Below, piece after piece: positions 32,287-40,918 of a DNA stretch of 64,000 nucleotides. The DNA is from an uncultured Bacteroidales bacterium (GTDB lineage Bacteria; Bacteroidota; Bacteroidia; Bacteroidales; Bacteroidaceae): positions 4,399 to 68,398 of the forward strand of contig CACZBX010000013.1 in assembly GCA_902779535.1 (NCBI GenBank), in the 5' to 3' direction. The notes beneath the pieces were generated by a model, which had not been told where the DNA came from, made no database searches, and was given only the letters and a program-made list of their open reading frames with translations. Within the stretch, counting starts at the first letter, position 1. Every line of letters starts with the position of its first letter. The position numbers were made by a program, and so were the translations under genes.

Positions 32287-32760
32287 ATGAAGTTTATCCT
32301 ATTGATGGTAGGCAAAACCATCGAAAAGCATTATATCACTGGCATCCAGGACTATGTAGAGCGGATCAAACATTACATTCCCTTTGATGTAGAGGTCATT
32401 CCTGAGTTAAAGAACACGAAGCACCTATCCGAGGAACAACAGAAGGAGAAAGAAGCTGATTTCATATTAAAAGCACTACAGCCAGGCGATGTTCCTATTC
32501 TCTTGGATGAGCATGGAAAAGAGTTTCGTTCTATCGAATTTGCTTCGTGGATCAGTCAGAAGATGCAATCAGTCAATAAACGGCTGGTTTTCATCATTGG
32601 GGGACCTTACGGTTTCTCACCCCGGATCTATGATATTGCGCAAGGAAAAATATCACTATCAAAGATGACCTTCTCGCACCAACTCATCCGCCTGATCTTC
32701 GTCGAGCAGTTGTATCGTGCCATGACCATTCTGAAAGGAGAACCCTATCATCATGAATAA
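32287..32760 (+). CDS. rlmH: 23S rRNA m3-psi1915 methyltransferase
   Basis: LDEHGK, FIIGGPYG, SLSKMTFSHQLIR, EQLYRA...GEPYHHE. Confidence 0.97.
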   Translation: MKFILLMVGKTIEKHYITGIQDYVERIKHYIPFDVEVIPELKNTKHLSEEQQKEKEADFILKALQPGDVPILLDEHGKEFRSIEFASWISQKMQSVNKRLVFIIGGPYGFSPRIYDIAQGKISLSKMTFSHQLIRLIFVEQLYRAMTILKGEPYHHE

Positions 32761-32770
32761 GAAAGGGGAA

Positions 32771-33562
32771 TTATTTCATTCCCCTTGCCTTATAGATACG
32801 TTCTTTTGCATCATTTATCTGCTGGAACTTCTGTTCCGCTGCTTTCCTCACATCCTCTCCTAGCGTTGCCACCTTATCAGGATGATGTTTCAGTGCCATT
32901 TTCCGATAGGCTTTTCGTACCTCATCATCGGTAGCATTGGGAGATATTTCCAAAACCTTATAGGCATCTTCCAGGGTGTTACTCTTTAAGTTCAGCATTG
33001 AGTCAACTTCCGATTCCGACAGCCTCATAAACGAAGCCACTTCCTTTAGAGCCTTAATCTCTTCAGAGGCTACACGCCCATCACTTTGGGCAATCCTCAC
33101 AAGAAAGTCCAGCAGTTGCAAACGCTGGCTGTAATCCATGTTTGCAGCAATCTGAGCTCCGCACTCCTGAATCGTTGTCCGGAAAGCATAAGGGTTCCGT
33201 GCATTCATCTGTTTCTGCTGCTCAAACATTTTCAACAAGATTTGTTCACCTTGTGTCACAGCAGATTCGCCGAAATTCACACGCAAGAAGTTCCTAACAA
33301 ACTCCATCTCGCTATGCATCACCTTACCATCAGCACGGATGATATAGGATGCCAGTACCATCATGGAAAAGAAAAAACTGTTACGTTGTCCTTGATAGGT
33401 TTGTTCACGAGTGTATTCTCCTGTCTGATAGCCTCCTCCATCGGACTCGATAGAGAAACTGCTATCTTCAAAAAGCGACCCAATAAAATAACCAGCCAGT
33501 GCACCCAGTGGTCCACCAACCATCCAACCAAGGAAACCTCCAATCCACTTTCCCAATCCCAT
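32771..33562 (-). CDS. DjlA-like co-chaperone (TM, TerB-like and J domains)
   Basis: Gly-rich N-terminal TM, ADG motif, C-terminal J domain with HPD. Confidence 0.9.
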   Translation of the reverse strand: MGLGKWIGGFLGWMVGGPLGALAGYFIGSLFEDSSFSIESDGGGYQTGEYTREQTYQGQRNSFFFSMMVLASYIIRADGKVMHSEMEFVRNFLRVNFGESAVTQGEQILLKMFEQQKQMNARNPYAFRTTIQECGAQIAANMDYSQRLQLLDFLVRIAQSDGRVASEEIKALKEVASFMRLSESEVDSMLNLKSNTLEDAYKVLEISPNATDDEVRKAYRKMALKHHPDKVATLGEDVRKAAEQKFQQINDAKERIYKARGMK

Positions 33563-33565
33563 CTG

Positions 33566-34168
33566 TTACAACAGTTTTAAGAGTTCAGCCTCGACATCGC
33601 TCATCTTTGCCGTAGGTTCAAAACGTTTAATCACCTTTCCATTCTTGTCAACCAAGAACTTGGTGAAGTTCCATTTAATATCCGGACTATTTTTGTAATT
33701 TGGATTCTTCTTCGACATACTTGCATCGAGGAACTTGCCAATAGGATCTTCCAGGTCAAATCCGGCAAATCCTTTCTCCTTCTTCAGATAAGTAAACAAA
33801 GGAATCTCATTCTTCCCATTTACATCCACCTTATCAAACTGAGGGAATTGAATATCGTAATTGGCAGTACAGAACTCGTGGATCTCGGAAATAGAACCCG
33901 GAGCCTGCTCACCAAACTGGTTGCAAGGGAAATCCAATACGACAAAGCCTCTCAACTTATATTTTGCATACAGTCCTTCCAAATCCTTATACTGAGGAGT
34001 AAAGCCACACTTCGTAGCTGTATTTACAATCAACAGCACACTTCCCTTATACTCAGAAAGAGAAACATCTTTCCCCTGAGCATCTTTCACACTAAACTCA
34101 TACACATTGTCCTGAGCTGCTACTGATACAGCCAACAAAGCAAATAGACCCAATAATACTTTTCTCAT
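33566..34168 (-). CDS. Glutathione peroxidase-family protein (Cys type), exported
   Basis: Signal peptide, VNTATKCGFTPQY, FPCNQF, KWNFTKFL. Confidence 0.95.
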   Translation of the reverse strand: MRKVLLGLFALLAVSVAAQDNVYEFSVKDAQGKDVSLSEYKGSVLLIVNTATKCGFTPQYKDLEGLYAKYKLRGFVVLDFPCNQFGEQAPGSISEIHEFCTANYDIQFPQFDKVDVNGKNEIPLFTYLKKEKGFAGFDLEDPIGKFLDASMSKKNPNYKNSPDIKWNFTKFLVDKNGKVIKRFEPTAKMSDVEAELLKLL

Positions 34169-34285
34169 CTTCTTCAAATTTAAATCATCGCAGCAAAGAT
34201 AATGCAAAACGATCATTCGAACAATACACGAAAGTACAATATACTGTTGGAAAATATTAAAAGAAAATAAAAAGCGCCTTCGGGT

Positions 34286-34326
34286 TCTGATTAATCGGAG
34301 TATTCTGAATAATCGGAGTACTCTGA
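34286..34326. repeat. 18-bp tandem repeat built of 9-bp subunits
   Basis: TCTGATTAA TCGGAGTAT TCTGAATAA TCGGAGTAC TCTGA. Confidence 0.8.
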
Positions 34327-34454
34327 CTGAAAACTCAGTTTTGGGTTGAGAAAACTCGGGAATTGAACAAAATTATACGATAAATAAACGTAAAAGTACA
34401 GAAAACATCCTTCAGGTTTACAGATTGGCATTGTCCTCGTTAACTGAAGGATGC

Positions 34455-34488
34455 AAAAAGGGTTGTTCCCATCAGAGAACAACCCTTT
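34455..34488 (-). terminator. Terminator of the DUF5107 gene
   Basis: AAAGGGTTGTTC...GAACAACCCTTT; second hairpin adjacent at 34406-34453. Confidence 0.8.
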
Positions 34489-34510
34489 CTTTCCTATAAA
34501 GATTTCTATT

Positions 34511-37500
34511 TTAGAAAGCTTTTTCGTTACTCATCCACTTAGCCCAGATATTACCCGGATACAACTTAACAGCTTCGCCATAAGCTTGCTTAGCCTTTGC
34601 ATCGTTTCCTTGTAATTCCTCAACCAAGCCACTGAAGTAGTTCAGATTACTGTCTTGAACATTCTTATTTGCTTCACCAAACTTAGCATAGTTATCAACC
34701 AAGTTCTTCTGCATATTGTCGCGTGCAGCAACCATCTGCTTCAAAGCAGCGTCAGCATCAGCTGTGCGACCTAACTTACGCAATGACTTAATCTTATAAT
34801 AGATCAAATCAGAGTTCTGTCTTGCTCTTGCATCTGCAGACTTCGTGAAGGCTTCCTTAGCCAAATCAGCCTTACCCAGCCCTTCATAAGCAATACCTTG
34901 CAAGTAACGAGCCTTTGCCTCATAACCGCCACCGGATGATGGAGCAACTTCCAAGTTAGTTGGATATTGAGTAGCCAATTCAAACTCGTCGATAGCCTTC
35001 TGATAGTTCTTCTTCTTCAAAGAAGTCATACCATTGAGCATGTGAGAGTTCACGTAAATCGTGTGGATTTCGCCACCACCTTCCCACAAGTGGAAGTGAC
35101 GGTTGTCCATAATCTTGGCAGCCTTATCGTAATTACCTGTTTCGTTATAGATTGACAACAGACGCATTACAGCATCATCATGCTTCATGACAGTCTTGAT
35201 GTTCTTCTCCATTCTCTTCAGACGAGTCTGGATCGGAGCACCTGCCTTCTCATAGATCTTATCCGATTCAGTCATCAGCAATGCATCGTTCGGATTAGCC
35301 TTGATTGCCATATCATAGAACTTCATAGAAGCATCCAAGTTACCTACCTGACCTTCACCAAAGCCGACGTTACGACAAGCGAATGCGTTATTAGGATCGA
35401 GATCAGCAGCCGTATGCCATTCAGCCAAGCCTTTTTCCTTCTGGCCTAAGTAATACAACAGGTTACCATAGTAGTAATGCAAGTTGGCATCGTTCGGTTG
35501 AACCTTCAGCAAGGCTTCGAACATCGGAACTTCCTCGGTACGAAGTGGGAAGTTATTGTTCTTCGACAAGGTCCCGGCCTTTTGGATAGCACTTGTTGCC
35601 TCAGCTTCGTTCTCAGGCAAGAGTGTATAAGCACGATACAACTGTACCAATGGATAATCAGCAAACGGAGTGCCAATAGCAATTGCAGCATCCAAAACGG
35701 TACGAGCGTCTTTCTTATCACCAAATGTGATGTAGTTTGCAGCAACTTCCAGTAATTCCTGAACAGCGATGATACCTTCACTACGGTTCTTGCGTGTACC
35801 TGCCAAGAACGAAGCGTCACCCTTATCCAAGAATGAAGTCTCGAACTCACTCATGTAATCCAATGGATCGATGCTCTTGATCAACTTAATGGTTTCCTTA
35901 GCCTCAGCCTTCTTACCCAACTGACGTAAGATGTAAGCCTTCAAAGTCAATGACTGTAAGTCGTGTGCACCAACCAGCAAAGCTTCGTCAACAAGTTTCA
36001 AAGCCTCTTGGTATTTATTTTCATTTGCAGCACCAACAGCCAACTGATAGAATGCAGGATGTTTGAATGCCGGAGTATAGGTAGCAGCCCACAGATTCTC
36101 TTCTGATTCAATCTTCTTGCCCATCAAACGATATACATAACCAAGGTAATAGTTACCTTCTGTATTCATTACGCGGGTATAATCATGGGCCAGACGAGCT
36201 TGAGCGCGAAGCAAGTGCTCCTCAGCCTTCTCCAATTCTCCCTGACGGATGAAGTGTTTACCAACCTCGATGTTTACACGTGCATCGTTCGGATCACGAC
36301 GAAGAGCTTCTTCATAGAAGTCCATGTAAGAAAGACGGGCATTGTTGAACTGGTCAACGCGCAAACCTGCCAAATACAGTTCTTCTACGGTATCATAGTC
36401 CTTAACAGCCTTTGTACCATCGATTACCTTCGGCAACTCTTTCTCTTCCAACTTAACAGGAGTATAGTCAACCAGGACATCACCATTTGCATTGTACAAT
36501 GCGGTATAGAGTTCCCATGCCTTTGCTTCAGCAGGAACAGCAACCTTTTCGCAGAAATACTTATCAGGGTCGATGTCGATTCGTTTATCCATCAACACTT
36601 GGTCTTTGAATTTCACAACGACACGAGCATTCTTATAAGAAGTAGTAGCATTGTAACCAACCAAGTACTGACCGTTCTCAGCTGGTTCAAAGTTTACAGC
36701 ACCTTCGATTGTCGCATTCTTACAACCCTTGATACCCTTGATCGGGAACCAAATTTGAGAGAACTCGCGGATTTCACCCGGGTTAATCCAGCTGTAGTCC
36801 GGCTGGTTATCTGAATAAGCACCAACCATCAACTCCAGATAGTGTCCATCATTATCCGACAAGATCTTATTCCACATGTGTCCACTTGGAGTGTTACCCC
36901 ACAAGAAGAATTTCTTTCCAGGAACTTGATGACGGTTTGCCACGTGAACAGTACCGGCATCCTTGCCATAGTCATAACCAGCCAAGAATTCCATCTTACT
37001 GTCCCATGCAAAGATAGAACGACCTGATTCAGTAAAGTTCTTCCACCAAGAAAGATCTATATTCTGGTTTGAGCGACTTGAGATTGGTCCTACTTTCCAA
37101 GGAGTGAAATATGTTTTGTGGTGGTCAGCACCTGCTTGTACATCGGGTGGGAATACAACTTGGTATTGTTCGTTACAATGTACAGATACGTTTGCCCAAT
37201 AAAGCATAGACTGAATCATCGGAGTCGGGTTAATTACCTTCACTCTTGCTTCAACCCATGAGCGGTTAGGATGAACAGTTACACCAACCGACCATTTCAG
37301 ACGGTGACGCAATTCTGTTTCACCTACCCAAGCAGTCTTACTGCCATCTGCGTTCTCTTCTAATTTCCAGTCGACCGGCATATAACTACTTGCACGGTGA
37401 TGATCAGGAATGTTCCATTCAACACCACCTGAAAGCCATGCACCCAGCATACCAATCAAAGCCGGTTTGATACCTGTCTGGGTATAGAAGAAGTGGTAAT

Positions 37501-37825
37501 TGTTGGTAAGGTCAGTAGCCTGTAGGATACGGCCACCAATTTCAGGAAGGACACCAATATTGATATATTGGTTGTCGAGACGGAGAATCTCGTACTCATG
37601 GTCTACCTTTTCTTCAGTTAACACATCGTACAAAGGATAAGGATAGATGTAACCTTCCGCACCTTGGTACACACGTCCGGTAAAGAAAATTGGATCCACT
37701 TCCGGATTACCAATTTTGTAAGTAGGAATCTTTTCCTTTACAATTCCCATGTTTACTTGCTGTGCCATGACCGGTAAAGCACAAAGCATCATAAAGGGAA
37801 CTACTAACTTAGACTTTAGTTGCAT
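34511..37825 (-). CDS. DUF5107-domain protein with C-terminal TPR array (YphG-like), exported
   Basis: Signal peptide; YPYP, VLPEIGGRI, IKPALIGMLGAWLSGGVEWNIP, GKKFFLWG, YLELMVGAYSDNQPD; many TPRs. Confidence 0.85.
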   Translation of the reverse strand: MQLKSKLVVPFMMLCALPVMAQQVNMGIVKEKIPTYKIGNPEVDPIFFTGRVYQGAEGYIYPYPLYDVLTEEKVDHEYEILRLDNQYINIGVLPEIGGRILQATDLTNNYHFFYTQTGIKPALIGMLGAWLSGGVEWNIPDHHRASSYMPVDWKLEENADGSKTAWVGETELRHRLKWSVGVTVHPNRSWVEARVKVINPTPMIQSMLYWANVSVHCNEQYQVVFPPDVQAGADHHKTYFTPWKVGPISSRSNQNIDLSWWKNFTESGRSIFAWDSKMEFLAGYDYGKDAGTVHVANRHQVPGKKFFLWGNTPSGHMWNKILSDNDGHYLELMVGAYSDNQPDYSWINPGEIREFSQIWFPIKGIKGCKNATIEGAVNFEPAENGQYLVGYNATTSYKNARVVVKFKDQVLMDKRIDIDPDKYFCEKVAVPAEAKAWELYTALYNANGDVLVDYTPVKLEEKELPKVIDGTKAVKDYDTVEELYLAGLRVDQFNNARLSYMDFYEEALRRDPNDARVNIEVGKHFIRQGELEKAEEHLLRAQARLAHDYTRVMNTEGNYYLGYVYRLMGKKIESEENLWAATYTPAFKHPAFYQLAVGAANENKYQEALKLVDEALLVGAHDLQSLTLKAYILRQLGKKAEAKETIKLIKSIDPLDYMSEFETSFLDKGDASFLAGTRKNRSEGIIAVQELLEVAANYITFGDKKDARTVLDAAIAIGTPFADYPLVQLYRAYTLLPENEAEATSAIQKAGTLSKNNNFPLRTEEVPMFEALLKVQPNDANLHYYYGNLLYYLGQKEKGLAEWHTAADLDPNNAFACRNVGFGEGQVGNLDASMKFYDMAIKANPNDALLMTESDKIYEKAGAPIQTRLKRMEKNIKTVMKHDDAVMRLLSIYNETGNYDKAAKIMDNRHFHLWEGGGEIHTIYVNSHMLNGMTSLKKKNYQKAIDEFELATQYPTNLEVAPSSGGGYEAKARYLQGIAYEGLGKADLAKEAFTKSADARARQNSDLIYYKIKSLRKLGRTADADAALKQMVAARDNMQKNLVDNYAKFGEANKNVQDSNLNYFSGLVEELQGNDAKAKQAYGEAVKLYPGNIWAKWMSNEKAF

Positions 37826-37914
37826 AATAATTAATTAATAATAAAACTCACTTATCAAAAAATGTGTAACAAATATACTTTTTTTTTTGACAAAAACAAA
37901 GAAAAAATGAAAAA

Positions 37915-39372
37915 TTAATGACTAACCATATTCGTCGGTTGATAAGGATCCTGAGGGAATGTCATAAAGTAATAATTATACCAATAGGTATGCTTATACT
38001 TCGCATTAATCATCGCCCTATTCTTTTCACCTATAAACGACTGAAATTCATTGAATTGACGAACGAGCAACTCCGGAAACTCCAAACCTTTCAGCCCCAT
38101 TCCCAACGCATCTGCCAATATCAATGCTTCTTGATAATGCTGCGGGATACCGTTCTGTAGCAGGTAAAGATTCTTCTTTAAATGGTTGGTGAAAGCTAAT
38201 AGATTCTTCCGTATCAACAACGAACAGAGGTAGTAATGATTTAACGGAATATTCATATTCCCCGCCTGAACAAAATTATACAGATTATTCAAGGTCATGC
38301 TCGTCATATAAACGGTTTCCTTATCCGCCACACGTTCTTTTTTCAAGGAACGCTCCAACTCAACGCGTTGCCGTGCAATCCAATCGCCATAGCAGGAGGC
38401 ATGTGAAAGAATTTCCATGTATTTATTAGCCAAATCGGCGTTCCCTTCTGCGATATTGAACTTTATCAAGTTCATGATAACCCGGAAATTCATGCCATAC
38501 TTCGACTTTGTTGCTTCCTGGAAAGCCTGATGAATGGCCTGATTGTAAATACCAATATGCTGAAAGAACAATTGATTGAAGAAGGTGCCATGCAAGGAAG
38601 CATCTCCCTGAAAGAGGAAAAACTCTTCCGAATTAACAGGATAATTGAAGATACGATTGCCCAACATGTTCATGTTGCTTAATGCCAATGTCACATAGCA
38701 CAAGTCCTTCATCTTGTTATCGTCATGATCGCCTATCAAATCCAATAAATCACTCCAATGACCTGTCGATGCCAAGAACTCCATCTTATAATCCCGCTCG
38801 TGTGATTTCAGGTCTTTATTGGTAAAAGCAAAGAGGAAAAAACAGATCACAAACATCGAAGGGATGATGTAATAGATCAATTTCTTGCTGCTTTTATTGT
38901 TCTTTTCAACAAAATCATCTGATGTTCTCCACTTGAACAGACGGTAAAGTATCTCGACAAACAATGCCAATGCGATTGCAATCAACGTAAATCGAACCGA
39001 ATCGGTGATGAACTCCTCATAGAACTGATGCCATGCTAAGATGAGGGCAGGAATCCATGCCAAGAAGAGCCAAACTCTTTTGATTGGAAGACGGTGCAGG
39101 ATATGCATGAACGAATATAGCACCAAGGTGGGGAACAAAGCCTGAATAAGCGCCCCAAAGAAAGGCCAGCGATAGAACTGCAAGAGGTAATTGCCAATAA
39201 TCGCAGGCACTCCGCCCTTCCCCGCAATCACCGAATGGAAATAATCAGGGGTAAACACAAAGAAACTGGTAATTTCTTTTTCCCATAGAAAATAAGGGAA
39301 GAGAAAATACCAAATAACGAATACCAGTGGTATGATCAATAAGGATATTAATATGATAAAACGCTTGCTCAT
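37915..39372 (-). CDS. DUF6057-family membrane protein
   Basis: N-terminal TM helices with GG...GNYLLQF motif; C-terminal YQEAL...TYWYNYYF; paired with a PD40 lipoprotein. Confidence 0.75.
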   Translation of the reverse strand: MSKRFIILISLLIIPLVFVIWYFLFPYFLWEKEITSFFVFTPDYFHSVIAGKGGVPAIIGNYLLQFYRWPFFGALIQALFPTLVLYSFMHILHRLPIKRVWLFLAWIPALILAWHQFYEEFITDSVRFTLIAIALALFVEILYRLFKWRTSDDFVEKNNKSSKKLIYYIIPSMFVICFFLFAFTNKDLKSHERDYKMEFLASTGHWSDLLDLIGDHDDNKMKDLCYVTLALSNMNMLGNRIFNYPVNSEEFFLFQGDASLHGTFFNQLFFQHIGIYNQAIHQAFQEATKSKYGMNFRVIMNLIKFNIAEGNADLANKYMEILSHASCYGDWIARQRVELERSLKKERVADKETVYMTSMTLNNLYNFVQAGNMNIPLNHYYLCSLLIRKNLLAFTNHLKKNLYLLQNGIPQHYQEALILADALGMGLKGLEFPELLVRQFNEFQSFIGEKNRAMINAKYKHTYWYNYYFMTFPQDPYQPTNMVSH

Positions 39373-40811
39373 TTCTTCATCTGTTTAAACACATTGCCAA
39401 ATGTGGAATAAGAGGTCTTGATTTCTCCTGAAACAAATTCAGGTACATTGTACGACCTTAATCTGAATGTATTGTAATCAGGCTCTTTCTGTGGTAACAA
39501 GAAAGGCTTACCGAAGTGTCCGTTCCCATCGAAATGGGCAATATACAGACGTGTATACCTGCCATCCAACCTTCTGCTGCTGAACAAAACCCATTTCCCG
39601 TTCGACGACCATGAATGATAACTCTCTGTATCCGAGCTATTCAGGATGTCGGTATCCACTTTTTCACCCGTTTCCAAGTCAATCATCTGCAAGTCGGCCT
39701 CCTTATGCCAAATAGGGAAAGTGCCATAGGCAGCCATGGTGAAGAGCAGATACTTTCCGTCCGGTGAGATGCGAGGCCAGGAAGCACTGGTCGAGTCGGT
39801 TGCAGCACAGATCGTTTCCAACTGTTCTGCAAACTCACCGGTTTCTTGGTTAAATCCGACTTTCATGATGCCATAATGAATATTCTTCACGCTATCCGGT
39901 ACTTCACCGGCTTGTGCTGCTGAAAAATAGAGGGATTTCCCGTCGGGTGACCATGCTGGGAATGTTTCAAAAATAGAATCCTGACTGATCTGAGGCACAG
40001 TCGAAGTCTGGTTGTTTTCAGTATTAAACAGGATCAGATCTGAGCTCTGATCAAACACCTCAATCGGCTGCTCACCTTGATGGAAGAATACTTGGAAGGT
40101 TGCATTCGATGAGAACGCAATGTATCGACCACTCGGATGCCACATCGGATAAACACCCTGCTTCCCTAAAGGCAACTTTGTGAAATCAATCTTCGTAGAA
40201 GCATGATTCTGATAAAGAACGGTACCACCATTCTTACCACGGACATGGAACAGATAGGTATCAGGCGAATAGTTGTAGAAAGAATGACAATTCAGACAAG
40301 CATTTTCCGCCATCTGGTTGCTGACAAAGGCATGCTCAGCAAATGAAGACAGTTCCCGCTCGCAGAGTTCGATACGATTCCAACTCTCATAACCTGGTTC
40401 TATCAGACGATAAGCGATATAGGGATCGATTTCATCCGATGAGACGTAAATAGGAAATGATTTATATTTAACTCCCGCTGAGTGTTGCTCATCCCAGACA
40501 GACACAGTCAACTCGATTTGCTGATCCTCATTTCTCTTCAAGATGTCCGACCACTTGCTTTTCGGAAATTCAACGTGCTTTTTCCCATAGAAAGAAGTAA
40601 CTGTACCATCCGATTCTTTCAAATCTACTTGAATGGCCTTTGCATTCCTAACACTGAAATTAAGTGGGGAGATGCTGGAAGGTATGGTTACATCCTTATA
40701 ATCCGGGAAAATGTCGGGAAAGTCGTCTGAAGAAGACTGGGCGGTTTGATGTGATTGACAAGCAAAGAGAGAAATTGCTAATAATATGGTGATATATTTT
40801 CCTATTTTCAT
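39369..40811 (-). CDS. TolB-like/PD40 beta-propeller lipoprotein with CxxCH motif
   Basis: Lipobox LFA-C, PDIFPDY, YRLIEPGYE, CLNCH, YPMWHPSG, PAWSPDG, PRISPDG, HSWSSNG. Confidence 0.85.
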   Translation of the reverse strand: MKIGKYITILLAISLFACQSHQTAQSSSDDFPDIFPDYKDVTIPSSISPLNFSVRNAKAIQVDLKESDGTVTSFYGKKHVEFPKSKWSDILKRNEDQQIELTVSVWDEQHSAGVKYKSFPIYVSSDEIDPYIAYRLIEPGYESWNRIELCERELSSFAEHAFVSNQMAENACLNCHSFYNYSPDTYLFHVRGKNGGTVLYQNHASTKIDFTKLPLGKQGVYPMWHPSGRYIAFSSNATFQVFFHQGEQPIEVFDQSSDLILFNTENNQTSTVPQISQDSIFETFPAWSPDGKSLYFSAAQAGEVPDSVKNIHYGIMKVGFNQETGEFAEQLETICAATDSTSASWPRISPDGKYLLFTMAAYGTFPIWHKEADLQMIDLETGEKVDTDILNSSDTESYHSWSSNGKWVLFSSRRLDGRYTRLYIAHFDGNGHFGKPFLLPQKEPDYNTFRLRSYNVPEFVSGEIKTSYSTFGNVFKQMKK

Positions 40812-40871
40812 ATGATGATAATTATCCTCACAAAGCTAATCATTTAATATCAAATGAAAAAGTTTATAGAC

Positions 40872-40904
40872 AAAAAAAGGGCTTTGGTTTTCACCAAAGC
40901 CCTT
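40872..40904 (-). terminator. susCD terminator
   Basis: AAGGGCTTTGGT-tttc-ACCAAAGCCCTT with A7 on its left. Confidence 0.88.
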
Positions 40905-40918
40905 ATAAATGATTTGAT

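Noticed and set aside
32771-33562. TerB-like protein as part of a defence or tellurite island
   Set aside because: Standard DjlA-like co-chaperone; no other ter or defence genes
33566-34168. Selenocysteine in glutathione peroxidase
   Set aside because: Active-site codon is TGT (Cys); no in-frame TGA
34291-34482. 63-aa ORF ending SEYSDYSEYSD as a RiPP precursor
   Set aside because: It is the translation of the 9-bp DNA repeat, overlaps terminator hairpins, and no modifying enzymes are adjacent
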